This document shows, piece by piece, positions 50,401 through 57,489 of a stretch of 64,000 bases of DNA. Origin of the DNA: a virus (taxonomy: Duplodnaviria > Heunggongvirae > Uroviricota > Caudoviricetes). The DNA is taken from positions 1-64,000 of IMG/VR virus record IMGVR_UViG_3300022871_000009, one strand, 5' to 3'. The notes under the pieces were generated by a model. The model did not search any database. It saw only the letters and a list, made by a program, of their open reading frames with translations, and was not told the DNA's origin. Position numbers and translations under genes: made by a program. The stretch's first letter is position 1, and each line of letters opens with the position of its first letter.

Positions 50401-52412
50401 GGATTAAAGTAAAATGATAATGAATCTAATATAGTTGTACTAAATCCTGCGTGTTTATACGCATATCGTGTTACTGCATCACTAGAATAAAAATTATTTT
50501 TATTAGTTGTTAGTGCTGTTGTATAATTAGCAGGGGGTTTAAGATAATCTTTAAGTGTTGATGAAAAACCAGAATGTTTATATATTTTGTCAGACACATT
50601 ATCAGTACTATATAAATTATAATAATCTAATGTAACATCTTTTAAATTTATGCTAGGAGATGAAAAACTATTTAAAACTGTGGATGAAAAACCAGAATAA
50701 TGATATATTCTTCCACGGTCAGGTGCACAAAAAAGTGCACCGTTTATTGCTAAACCTCTCACAACACGAGTATTAGAACCAGAGAAACTATCCAGTACAG
50801 TTGTACTAAATCCAGAATGTTTGTAAATTTGGTGACTAATTCCAGTTTCTCTAGAATATAAATAATTTAAATCTTTAGTAACTCCGTTAGATGATGATTC
50901 TACAGTAGGAGGAATTATAGATTCAATAACTGTAGTAGAAAAACCACTAAACTTATAAATTAATTTATCAGAACACGCAGCAATCAAATTATCTAGAAAT
51001 AATGATGTACTTGAACTAGTGGAGCTAGACGTTGACGAACTTGTTGAACTTGTAGAAGAACTAGTAGAACTCGTAGAACTAGATGTACTAGAACTTGTTG
51101 AAGAACTAGAAGTAGATAAGCTAGTCGAACTAGAAGTGGATGAACTAGTCGAACTAGAAGTGGATGAACTAGTAGAACTAGAAGTTGAGGAACTAGTAGA
51201 ACTCGATGTTGAGGAACTAGTAGAACTTGATGTAGAACTTGATGTACTAGAAGAAGTCGAACTAGAAGTAGACGAGCTAGTAGAACTAGTAGAGCTTGAT
51301 GTTGAGGAGCTAGTAGAACTTGAAGTGCTAGAAGATGTACTAGAACTAGTAGAGCTAGAAGTTGAAGACGACGTACTCGATGTTGAAGAACTAGTAGAAC
51401 TAGATGTTGAAGAGCTAGTAGAACTTGATGTTGAAGAGCTAGTAGAACTTGATGTTGAAGAGCTAGTAGAACTTGATGTAGAAGATGATGTACTTGAAGA
51501 AGTCGAACTAGAAGTAGAAGAACTAGTTGACGATGTACTGGAAGAAGTCGAACTAGAAGTAGATGAGCTAGTTGACGATGTACTCGAAGAAGTCGAACTA
51601 GATGTACTAGAGCTAGTAGAACTAGTAGAAGAACTAGTAGATGATGAAGTAGAAGATGTGGTATATCTAGCTGCAGCATCCTGCCATGAGGCTGCTGTAG
51701 AATAGGTTGATGAGTCAAAACTATCTAAAATTGTGGATGAAAATCCTGCATGTTTATAAACATCTCCAGGTGTAAAGTCAGAACTAAAAATATTAGTTCC
51801 ATCACCAGACATATCACCAATGTTGTCACCTGGTGAAGAGAAACTATCGGTAATTGTAGTAGAGAATCCAGAATGTTTAAATAATGAATCAGGAGTATTA
51901 CCATCTGCGCTATAAAAAATTCCAGATACATATGTAAAGCCCTCTGGTCTAGTAGAAGGGCCAGTAAAACTATCTAACACCGTAGAACTGAATCCATCAT
52001 GTTTATATATTTTACTAAGAGACACATCTGTACTATAAGTATTAGTCCCATCATCTGTGACAGCATACGTTTCTGTGCCTGGAGCTGAAAAGCTGTCGCT
52101 AATTGTAGTAGAAAATCCTGAATGTTTATAGACTCTTTCCGAATTCGCATCTGCAGACAAAACACCAGTAGTTGAATATTCAACTCCAAAAGGAAAAGTA
52201 CTTGGAGTAGAAAAACTATCTATTATTGTAGAACTGAATCCAGAATACTTATAAATTTGTTGGAGTGAGTATTCAGAAGTAATTGTATTATTACTATCTC
52301 CAGCAGCTTTAGACACCTCTTCATTATCAACAAAAAGATTACCTTTAATTGCTTCAAGGTAATCTTCGTCTGATAACTCGTCTGAATTTTTATGGTCGAG
52401 GTGGTCCGTCAT
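41418..52412 (-). CDS. giant 3664-aa modular fibre protein
   Basis: About 50 copies of a 38-42-aa repeat around (I/V)YKHSGFSSTILDSF...P.G(L/V)T.DG.N.YS.D. They fall into blocks of 5,5,5,10,10,5,5,5. Each block is capped by a (L/I)TW(D/E).Y..R motif and followed by an (SSST)n tract of about 30 to over 300 residues. One continuous ORF. Confidence 0.7.
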   Translation of the reverse strand: MTDHLDHKNSDELSDEDYLEAIKGNLFVDNEEVSKAAGDSNNTITSEYSLQQIYKYSGFSSTIIDSFSTPSTFPFGVEYSTTGVLSADANSERVYKHSGFSTTISDSFSAPGTETYAVTDDGTNTYSTDVSLSKIYKHDGFSSTVLDSFTGPSTRPEGFTYVSGIFYSADGNTPDSLFKHSGFSTTITDSFSSPGDNIGDMSGDGTNIFSSDFTPGDVYKHAGFSSTILDSFDSSTYSTAASWQDAAARYTTSSTSSSTSSSTSSTSSSTSSSTSSSTSSTSSSTSSSTSSSTSSTSSSTSSSTSSSTSSSTSSSTSSSTSSSTSSSTSSSTSSSTSSSTSSSTSSTSSSTSSSTSSSTSSSTSSSTSSSTSSSTSSTSSSTSSSTSSSTSSSTSSSTSSSTSSSTSSSTSSSTSSSTSSSTSSSTSSSTSLSTSSSSTSSSTSSSTSSTSSSTSSTSSSTSSSTSSSTSLFLDNLIAACSDKLIYKFSGFSTTVIESIIPPTVESSSNGVTKDLNYLYSRETGISHQIYKHSGFSTTVLDSFSGSNTRVVRGLAINGALFCAPDRGRIYHYSGFSSTVLNSFSSPSINLKDVTLDYYNLYSTDNVSDKIYKHSGFSSTLKDYLKPPANYTTALTTNKNNFYSSDAVTRYAYKHAGFSTTILDSLSFYFNPSIYGFTWDNYNKRVSFYSTTTTSSTSSSTSSSTSSSTSSTSSSTSSTSSSTSSSTSSSTSSSTSSSTSSSTSLLDDLISIGLNTGDVHNVYKYSGFSSTVKDSFAAALYTTGVTKDKTYLYTAGDFVSTNDAVYKHSGFSTTILDSFSSPSGYLGGVTINDTALFSSDYVSDKIYQHLGFSSTIADSFSSPSSAPNGLTSNKYRLFSTDTASDKIYQHSGFTSTIQSSFASPSSMPRGLAYDGKYIYSTNALPWVSESRLDYKHSGFSSTILDSFIPSDYDFDITWGHYSSRVGTTTTTSTSSSTSSSTSSSTSSSTSSTSSSTSSSTSSSTSSSTSSSTSSTSSSTSSSTSSSTSSSTSSSTTSSTSSSTSSSTSSSTSSSTSSSTSSSTTILFDNFLSADSISGKLYRHVGFSSTISDSFSSPSPVPEGVTWDGVNAYSSDSDMDMLVTKMYKHSGFSSVILDSFSSPSIAPRGLTHDTVNIYSVDYTAGKLYQHSGFSTTISDSFNSPSNAPTGITQDGDDTYSSDYFTETVYKHSGFTSTILGSFTNLANFPSVGITLKEGDIYASGPPGKMYKHSGFTSTIVSSFSTPSTTPTGIEYESIGKRLGIENLMMTNDDTDKIYKFSGFSSTVLDSFGSPSTSPSGLSYDGFDIYSANYSTRDIYHHSGFSSTILDSFGMPKSVWGVVYGDERIYSSDYWDKIYRHSGFSSTILDSFTQFLPADITMDGANIYAQNLPDAAIFKYSGFSSTVVDSFEGATGVGITWDGKNLYNTKDYGVNKHRGFSSTIIDTIDTSAIGTDSRGITWEDYWSRTAETTSSTSSSTSSSTSSSTSSSTSSSTSSTSSSTSSSTSSSTSSSTSSSTSSSTSSSTSSSTSSTSSSTSSSTSSSTSSTSSSTSTSSTSSSTSSTSSSTSSSTSSSTSSTSSSTSSSTSSSTSSTSSSTSSSTSSTSSSTSSSTSSSTSSSTSSSTSSSTSSTSSSTSSSTSSSTTIIFDELIEIDDNAISSKVYKYSGFSSTVVDSFSTPSTAPRGVTWDSKYILSGDLAGYIYQHSGFTSTILDSFASPSADPRGLTVQKDTLYSTDGVSDQIYKHSGYSSTISDSFSSPNLNPYDLTYDATDLYSTDTGIDKVYKHSGFTSTILESFAAVGSRTGLTYTGQHFITAEQSPDEFYKHSGFTSTVLDSFTGVANQGSGIDYMDYGGRLETNNYIGIGYYWNTEVFKYSGFSSTITDSFSSPSSYGFGVTSDGEDSYTSDVGLNRIFKHSGFSSTVSDSFSSPSIKPWGLTWGDDRIYSGDIDSDVLYRHSGFSSTILNSFSTPSSGSLDITLDGKNIYSADDATEKVYKHSGFSSTVLNSMAAVTPDIAGLTFDGYHIYTTDGNSAYSYKHAGFSTTIMDSFDGTPEYLLGVEWDNIWSREISTTSSTSSSTSSSTSSSTSSSTSSSTSSSTSSSTSSSTSSSTSSSTSSSTSSSTSSTSSSTSSSTSSSTSSSTSSSTSSSTSSSTSSSTSSSTSSSTSSSTSSSTSSTSSSTSSSTSSSTSSSTSSSTSSSTSSSTSSTSSSTSSSTSSSTSSSTSSSTSSSTSSSTSSTSSSTSSSTSSSTSSSTSSSTSSSTSSSTSSSTSSSTSSSTSSSTSSSTSSSTSSSTSSSTSSSTSSSTSSSTSSTSSSTSSSTSSTSSSTSSSTSSSTSSTSSSTSSSTSSSTSSTSSSTSTSSTSSSTSSTSSSTSSSTSSSTSSTSSSTSSSTSSSTSSTSSSTSSSTSSSTSSSTSSSTSSSTSSTSSSTSSSTSSSTSSSTSSSTSSSTSSTSSSTSSSTSSSTSSTSSSTSSSTSSSTSILYDDNLIAISPSIIYKYSGFSSTILESLGGVSAIGSLGVAFNKDLYSTNYNTNLIYHFSGFSSTLLDNFAAAASETYGLEADRDRMYSTDLTTEKIYIHSGFSSTISDSFAAEAINPRDIAVNKYRLFSLIDGSDRMYRHSGFTSTISDSFAAPGTRPGGFTTDSIDFYSTIFNPRSASYRKAYKHSGFSSTILDVFRTATNNFGLAWENYVKRLAITTTSSTSSSTSSSTSSTSSSTSSSTSSTSSSTSSSTSSSTSSSTSSSTSSSTSSTSSSTSSSTTLLNDDFYSVHVYGDLFFRYSGFSSTILDSFTVPSANIPAGLSWKDKLMYSGDAGLNIIYKHSGFSTTMIDSFSSPSTRYVKLTMTEPGDLYSVDKNTAKIYKHSGFTSTILDSFGTIIPYPSGLESNLYRLYSGGATLSVEYGIYRHSGFTSTISDSFATVRSSVARDANDTYGSSVSDFVKYNRFTSTILDSFAQPTGNLGGIAWGGDARFETTSSTSSSTSSSTSSTSSSTSSSTSSSTSTTTTLYENLMGVQYSDDKIYKYSGFSSTVIDSFSSPSTSPYGLTFLGDVYSGDSSSDVIYRHSGFTSTILSSFSSPSDSPQGVTIDYTNFYSIDNGTDKIYVHNGFSSTVSDSFSSPSSSPKGFTVNVARLFSIDGGSDKVYRHSGYTSTIADTFNTPSTLPGGLTLDKNDFYSTNYSIFIPVGCNVYQHSGFSSTVKDSFIPDGNVGDLTWGNYKRRLAETTTSSTSSSTSSSTSSSTSSSTSSTSSSTSSTSSSTSSSTSSSTSSSTSSSTSSSTSSSTSSSTSSSTSSSTSSSTSSSTSSSTSSSTSSSTSSSTSSSTSSSTSSSTSSSTSSSTSSSTSSSTSSSTSSSTSSSTSSSTSSSTSSSTSSSTSSSTSSTSSSTSSSTSSSTSSTSSSTSSSTSSSTSSTSSSTSSSTSSSTSSTSSSTSLSTSSSTSSSTSSTSSSTSSSTSSSTSSSTSSSTSSSTSSSTSSSTSSSTSSSTSSSTSSSTSSSTSSSTSSSTSSSTSSSTSSSTSSSTSSSTSSSTSSSTSSSTSSSTSSSTSSTSSSTSSSTSSSTSSSTSSSTSSSTSSTSSSTSSSTSSSTSSSTSSSTSSSTSTISFYIEDMEITGGLETLGRRGGISTQGVFGGGYYGF
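41521..42660. repeat. (AGT/AGA/ACT)n low-complexity DNA encoding the C-terminal (SSST)n tract (approximate bounds)
   Basis: Imperfect triplet repeats. Produces a spurious antisense E/L/V-rich ORF at 41536..42687. Confidence 0.7.
44890..46150. repeat. (SSST)n-encoding triplet-repeat tract (approximate)
   Basis: Same repeat class. Spurious antisense ORF 44962..46245. Confidence 0.7.
47425..47950. repeat. (SSST)n-encoding triplet-repeat tract (approximate)
   Basis: Same repeat class. Spurious ORFs 47284..47970 (+) and 47405..48004 (-). Confidence 0.7.
50990..51660. repeat. (SSST)n-encoding triplet-repeat tract (approximate)
   Basis: Same repeat class. Spurious ORFs 51019..51705 and 50993..51718. 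Shorter tracts lie near 43320-43430, 44070-44260, 49225-49510 and 50190-50340. Confidence 0.7.
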
Positions 52413-53802
52413 AACTTGGACGCTGTGACGTTACCTTCAGTAGAAGGTCGTTCACGCTTTTAATGTCCAAGGTTTTCATATGTTTACAAAGTAAACCGAA
52501 ATGAGTATATAGTTTGTATCCCAATTTCTGGGCTTGTTGTGAAAATACAAAATCTTCTGAATATTCGACAGTTCCGTTAGAATGGTAGGTAAAGTAAAAT
52601 GGTCTATCCATCTTCTCTAAAACCTCTCTCTTAATCATAAACATTCCACCTGTGACTACATCAGTCTCTTCGACTCCAGAACCGTAATACGGCCTGTATT
52701 TGCCCTCTGAGTCGTATCTGTGAGCCACTGGTATAGGTGCCATAAGCCCATCATCATCAACTTTCGTCGTTAGACAGGTTGGGGCCACTACGTCCTTATC
52801 AGCTTTGATAAGTTCTCTCAGTGTCTCTAAAGGAGGAATAATATCATTATCAATCATCACAAGATAATCAAAATAATCTTCTAGAAAGCTTTTTACAATA
52901 AAGTTCCGGGCATTATCCAATGGAAACATGTGTGACGCAGGGAATATCTTAACGACAAACTCTGGGTCGTGTGTCCATTGAATCAGCCTCATGGCCAGTT
53001 CAATATGTAATTTACCATCTGCTGTAGGTAGGCCTATGAAAATCCTAGGCTTTTCGCCTAGCTCATCTTTCCACTTAGCACGGTGTTTATTATATTGGCC
53101 AACAGCATACTTCTTAGAGTAGTCGACATCGTGGTCGAACAATTCTCTAAAAGCAGCTGAACCATAATGATACATGAACGAGCTTCGCACGGCTCCAATT
53201 TTGTAACCAAGCTTTTTCACTCTAAGACATATATCATTGTCATCGCCACCACCAGTACCAAATCTCTCGTCTAAGATGTGTCCTTCTCCCAAACCGAATT
53301 CTTTATTATGAGAAACCAGTTTATCAACTACTTCTCTTGTCATTGGGACACACACACCTTTTACCTCAGGAGCCTCTTCTATGCCGCCGAGATGAGAGTA
53401 TTCAATACTTTGTTTACTATCGGCCTCGCCTATTAGCGGTGCCAATATACCGTACTCTGGATTTTTCTTAAACGCTTCAACGATTTTCTCTATCCAACCT
53501 GGAACGCAGACAACGTCTGAATTCAAAAGAACTACATATTCACTATCGGGGGATACTTTAGCAAAACCTGCATTTATGGCACCGGTGTAACCCTTAGCTT
53601 CTTCATGATAGACTGACGCTGCAAAGGTATACTTTGATAACATCTCTTTCATCTCATCATCTTTTCCGTCTTGGACAATGATGAGCTCTAAGTTTGGGGT
53701 GTAACCGAATACGCTTTCAATCGCTACTCTGGTCAAATCAGGTCTAAACCTGACTGGCATTATTATTGAAACCCTCGGAAATGAATTTAAAATTTCCTTC
53801 AT
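52390..53802 (-). CDS. tandem two-domain glycosyltransferase (two GT-A/GT2-like halves)
   Basis: N-terminal half SIIMPVRFRPDLTRVAIESV...IIVQDG (GT2). Second half IFIGLPTADGKLH...VMIDNDIIPP. Immediately upstream of the giant fibre gene, with overlapping stop and start. Confidence 0.6.
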   Translation of the reverse strand: MKEILNSFPRVSIIMPVRFRPDLTRVAIESVFGYTPNLELIIVQDGKDDEMKEMLSKYTFAASVYHEEAKGYTGAINAGFAKVSPDSEYVVLLNSDVVCVPGWIEKIVEAFKKNPEYGILAPLIGEADSKQSIEYSHLGGIEEAPEVKGVCVPMTREVVDKLVSHNKEFGLGEGHILDERFGTGGGDDNDICLRVKKLGYKIGAVRSSFMYHYGSAAFRELFDHDVDYSKKYAVGQYNKHRAKWKDELGEKPRIFIGLPTADGKLHIELAMRLIQWTHDPEFVVKIFPASHMFPLDNARNFIVKSFLEDYFDYLVMIDNDIIPPLETLRELIKADKDVVAPTCLTTKVDDDGLMAPIPVAHRYDSEGKYRPYYGSGVEETDVVTGGMFMIKREVLEKMDRPFYFTYHSNGTVEYSEDFVFSQQAQKLGYKLYTHFGLLCKHMKTLDIKSVNDLLLKVTSQRPSYDGPPRP

Positions 53803-54274
53803 ATGCTTTTATTTCATTTATTTCATATAGGACATCATCATAGATATGTGAATTAACAATGATGTCTTGATTATACTCGCCAATCTGCCGAAGAGGCTGA
53901 ATTCGTGATTGGTGAGCCACATACCAAAAACCCATATCCCTTAATATCGGATATGTGCTTGCGGTAATTTGAAACCCAGGTGCTCTAAACCCGAATTTGT
54001 TAGGTAGGAGTGACGATAGTCTGCCATAAGATTCTTTTATTAATTCTTCGCGATTATCTCGCTCACATTCAGGTGGGTCGTCGTGCAACCAACCATGAAT
54101 TCCTACCTCTACCCAGTCTTTATTTTTAACTAGCCAGTTCTCAATCAATGAGTCCACTTCTCCAGCTATAGGAAAGACTGTAACTTTAAAATCTGGACGA
54201 ACTATTTTAAACTCCTCCAGTTTGTACAAATTACTAATGTATCTCTTTGATATATCATCAACAGTGAAATACAT
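53744..54274 (-). CDS. hypothetical protein (possible carbohydrate deacetylase-like)
   Basis: 176-aa ORF. Weak by-eye resemblance only (GIHGWLHDD). Confidence 0.3.
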   Translation of the reverse strand: MYFTVDDISKRYISNLYKLEEFKIVRPDFKVTVFPIAGEVDSLIENWLVKNKDWVEVGIHGWLHDDPPECERDNREELIKESYGRLSSLLPNKFGFRAPGFQITASTYPILRDMGFWYVAHQSRIQPLRQIGEYNQDIIVNSHIYDDVLYEINEIKAYEGNFKFISEGFNNNASQV

Positions 54275-54280
54275 AACTAG

Positions 54281-54730
54281 TTAGGCTTGTTTTGCTTGTC
54301 TTTTTACTTTAGCTTCAGAAATTCTGTCTGAGAATCTCTTGTTGTAACTGACACCCTTTACATCTTTAGATGGGTCAATAGCGTCAAGTTCATCAGTTGT
54401 GAATTCAAGACCTAGTTGACTTTTTATAGTCAAACGTTTAATCTTTGCTTCGTCAGTGATTTGTTCTGATAACTCTTCGTTATCATTTGAAAACGCGATA
54501 GCTTCTATTTCTGACATATCAGAAACTCTATCTTTGTCGCCAAGTATAGTTTTCCAATCGACACCGTCTCTTATTTCTAGTAACAAATCTGTTGATTTGA
54601 TACCTTCTGCAGATTCTTCTTCTGCATACAAGTGGTCTGTAATAAAAGGTTCTAGGCTACTATATCCAGAAGGATATTTCATGCCGCCTTCACCATGGGG
54701 TAGGCTTATCTTGATGTAGTTCATACACAA
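54281..54730 (-). CDS. hypothetical protein
   Basis: 149-aa ORF. Confidence 0.4.
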   Translation of the reverse strand: MCMNYIKISLPHGEGGMKYPSGYSSLEPFITDHLYAEEESAEGIKSTDLLLEIRDGVDWKTILGDKDRVSDMSEIEAIAFSNDNEELSEQITDEAKIKRLTIKSQLGLEFTTDELDAIDPSKDVKGVSYNKRFSDRISEAKVKRQAKQA

Positions 54731-54747
54731 ATTAAATTAAATGAATA

Positions 54748-55071
54748 TTATTTTTTGTCTTTTTCTTCATCTTTCTCTTCTTCATCTAGTATAAGTAGAA
54801 TTTTTCCAGCTACGAGTGGACCGTAAGCTTTATCAGTCTCTACCATCTTTTTTACTTTTTTAATGTCTGCTTTGTCTATGTCTACTACTTCTTCTGTATA
54901 AAAGCGTTGAGCTAAAACGTAAATTTTGACTTTCTCCATTTCGTAACCGCTTTGTCTTGGTGCTAAAAGGATATTAGCCATAGCCATACCCACAGTTAGG
55001 ACTTCTCCGTCTGGGGATTTTAGTGCTTCTCCCTTGAAACTTGTTATCTCCTCGTTTGTTCTAATCTTCAT
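54748..55071 (-). CDS. hypothetical protein
   Basis: 107-aa ORF downstream of the conserved promoter element. Confidence 0.4.
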   Translation of the reverse strand: MKIRTNEEITSFKGEALKSPDGEVLTVGMAMANILLAPRQSGYEMEKVKIYVLAQRFYTEEVVDIDKADIKKVKKMVETDKAYGPLVAGKILLILDEEEKDEEKDKK

Positions 55072-55113
55072 ATATTTTGAGATTAAGTTAATAAAATTTT
55101 TTAATCTAGTGAT

Positions 55114-55145
55114 ATTATAGCATAAGTCCTTATCTTCTCGTCTAC
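55114..55145 (-). promoter_or_regulatory. promoter-like site with the AGGACTTATGCTATAAT element
   Basis: Reverse complement ...gagaagatAAGGACTTATGCTATAAT. -35 is weak. Confidence 0.4.
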
Positions 55146-55537
55146 ATTTTTTCCCTAAGCATGGTAGAAGATATGTCTTTTGTGTAAGGGAGGTAAATTA
55201 CAGGCGGGCCCAAGCCTTCACCAGTGTAGTTACCCTTCCAGTCATCTCCGACAAATAACACGTCTGCATCGTATTTATCAATAGCATCTGTCTTGCTGAA
55301 GTCGCGAGACTGGATATCTATTCCATCTATAACATTTATAGTCTCTAGGTGTGCTCGTCTAGTATGAAAATCTAACGGAGGCTCATATCCTTTGTGAGCA
55401 CGAATGTACTCATCGCTAGACATACAAACAATCAACTTCTCACAATACCTCTTTGCTTCTATGAATAGGTTGATATGTCCGTAGTGTAGCGGAGAGAAAG
55501 CTCCGAAAGTTAGTCCAACTTTATATTTTGCATGCAT
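55142..55537 (-). CDS. cytidylyltransferase-family nucleotidyltransferase (glycerol-3-phosphate/choline-phosphate cytidylyltransferase-like)
   Basis: GAFSPLHYGH (HxGH motif). Fits the short approximately 130-aa CTP_transf_like proteins. Probable start at MHAKYKVG; the track ORF extends to 55594. Confidence 0.6.
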   Translation of the reverse strand: MHAKYKVGLTFGAFSPLHYGHINLFIEAKRYCEKLIVCMSSDEYIRAHKGYEPPLDFHTRRAHLETINVIDGIDIQSRDFSKTDAIDKYDADVLFVGDDWKGNYTGEGLGPPVIYLPYTKDISSTMLREKM

Positions 55538-56924
55538 AATATTGACTTGTACAAGCCCTGCGAGACCAGGCCATAGGCCCATAAATAGGCTCACTCCACG
55601 TTTTTCCGTAGTTAGACTCTAGATATTCGTCCACAGGGTTAGGAATTAAGTACCCTTTTCCATCATATTTTATCATTTTTGCATTTTCGAACCACTCTTT
55701 TGGATGTTTTGCACAGAACTTCTGCCGCTTTCTACCCTTGAGAATGTTCATTGTGGCGTCATCTTCATCATAATAGATGGGGTCTAGGTCATTTCTTACC
55801 CCATATTTCTTGAAACTTAGAGTCCTAACGTAGGTTTCTGGGCTTTCATACCCATCTTTTTTCTTTACTCTAGGTATATCCTTTTTTATCTTTATATCAG
55901 TAAAGCCAGCTTTTGCGAACACATTCACATCAATTTTGTGCGTATCTCTAGCATCTATGATGAAATCATTATCCCAGTCATATTTCAGAATGTCTCCGTC
56001 TCTCACTATGCCTAGGCATGTCCCGAAAGCTAAAAAGTGTTTTACCCCCATTTTGTCTAGCAAATCGCTAGTTTCCCTGAGTGCTTTCTTGGCATTCTCA
56101 CGACCAACAGGCACACGCTTGTCTCCTCCACGAAGGTAGTCCTCTACAGTCATATCAGGCTCGCGCCTGAACGTGTCTCTTACTTCTTGTGGGTGCATCT
56201 CAGTAACTGGCTTAGGTAGACGCCAAAGAGCCTCGGAGTTGCGTGAGTTTCCCTTCCAATGGTCATTTCGCCAGTTTCGTTTTTCTATAGTAAGACTACA
56301 CAAATGTGTCAATGTTCTTGTGTCACCCATTCTGTCCTGTTTTGTAAGAGGATGGTAATTGCAAGCAGTTCTATAAGGAATAGCAGTTAACTCAGTAAAA
56401 AACTTAAAAATACGGGTATGCCCTGTCATGCTTTTATTGTGGATTGTCATCATATCACCGAAGACATCTACAGGTTTCATTGTTAAAGCTTTTTTTGTCT
56501 TATCAGCCCAAAACTTCTCAAGTAACTCAGGTAAGTGGTCATTAAATATCTCGTCAGAATCAGGCCAAATCAACATATCTACTTTCTCTCCACCTTTTTC
56601 AACGTCCCTCATATACTGGAATACTGTCTCTCTTATTGGCCCCTGCAGGGGTTTAAACCTGTGGAAAAGACCTCTGCGTGAAGATTCCTGCTCTGGAGTT
56701 GCTCTGGGCAACCCCGAATGAGCTATTCTGATTCTATCTGGATATCTGTCCTTATATTCCTGAACAATCTTCATTGTAGTTTCGTCTTCGTTATCTATCA
56801 TAAGCAATACCCAATCACACCATTTTAATAAGTTCGGGATTGAGTGATGTAAAATACCACCACATCTAGCGACAAGGGTAGCTCCCACGATATTTATATC
56901 TTGTAAAAAATCTCTATGCTTCAT
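55521..56924 (-). CDS. fusion protein: GT-A-like glycosyltransferase N-terminal domain plus LicD-family phosphotransferase C-terminal domain
   Basis: C-terminal FLAFGTCLGIVRDGDILKYDWDNDFII matches the LicD nucleotidyltransferase-fold motif (GTxLGxxRxxxxIPWDDDxD). The N-terminal region resembles a GT2 fold. Confidence 0.55.
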   Translation of the reverse strand: MKHRDFLQDINIVGATLVARCGGILHHSIPNLLKWCDWVLLMIDNEDETTMKIVQEYKDRYPDRIRIAHSGLPRATPEQESSRRGLFHRFKPLQGPIRETVFQYMRDVEKGGEKVDMLIWPDSDEIFNDHLPELLEKFWADKTKKALTMKPVDVFGDMMTIHNKSMTGHTRIFKFFTELTAIPYRTACNYHPLTKQDRMGDTRTLTHLCSLTIEKRNWRNDHWKGNSRNSEALWRLPKPVTEMHPQEVRDTFRREPDMTVEDYLRGGDKRVPVGRENAKKALRETSDLLDKMGVKHFLAFGTCLGIVRDGDILKYDWDNDFIIDARDTHKIDVNVFAKAGFTDIKIKKDIPRVKKKDGYESPETYVRTLSFKKYGVRNDLDPIYYDEDDATMNILKGRKRQKFCAKHPKEWFENAKMIKYDGKGYLIPNPVDEYLESNYGKTWSEPIYGPMAWSRRACTSQYYACKI

Positions 56925-57481
56925 GTTATTGTTTTTAATTTAGTCTCGTGATGACATTCCATACATAATGTTTTTCCGTTGTTTAGATTCCATAATTCAT
57001 TACACTGCAAAGCATCTTCAATTGAGTTAATATTGTTATCTATTATAATATCTATAAACCTTTTGATATGATGTGCTTCCAAATTACCTCCATGTTTTTC
57101 ACACTCAACACATGTGTAATTATCTCTCCTAAATACCTTATTTCTCCACTCAAAATATTTTGGGATATTTCTTATAGCTTTAGTCAACTTAGTTTTTCCT
57201 CCTCTCCAATTTGGGTGTTTTTCTCTAGCATGCTGCCCCTTTTTAAAATGAGTTCTGCCAGTATTTAATTGAGCATGCCCTCTCTGGAATCCCTCAACTT
57301 TCTTGTGTTTTCTTTTACTATTAGCTGAACCTATTCTTTCTTTATGTATTTTAGATAATTTTCTATTTCTGATACTCCTGTAAAAACAATTGCGACTACA
57401 ATACTTAGCTTGCTTTCTAGAAGATGGATAAAAACTAAATTTTTTACCGCATATCCTACATTTTACCTGTTCTTTTTTCAT
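56921..57481 (-). CDS. free-standing HNH endonuclease with zinc fingers
   Basis: CVECEKHGGNLEAHHIKRF...NLNNGKTLCMECHHETK HNH signature plus N-terminal CxxC pairs. Confidence 0.6.
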   Translation of the reverse strand: MKKEQVKCRICGKKFSFYPSSRKQAKYCSRNCFYRSIRNRKLSKIHKERIGSANSKRKHKKVEGFQRGHAQLNTGRTHFKKGQHAREKHPNWRGGKTKLTKAIRNIPKYFEWRNKVFRRDNYTCVECEKHGGNLEAHHIKRFIDIIIDNNINSIEDALQCNELWNLNNGKTLCMECHHETKLKTIT

Positions 57482-57489
57482 GCAAATTA

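Noticed and set aside
47405-51718. Minus-strand alternative-frame ORFs rich in L/H/Q/V (47405..48004, 50177..50392, 50993..51718, 49583..49849)
   Set aside because: They are alternative frames of the same triplet-repeat tracts. The in-frame giant ORF is continuous and explains the region.
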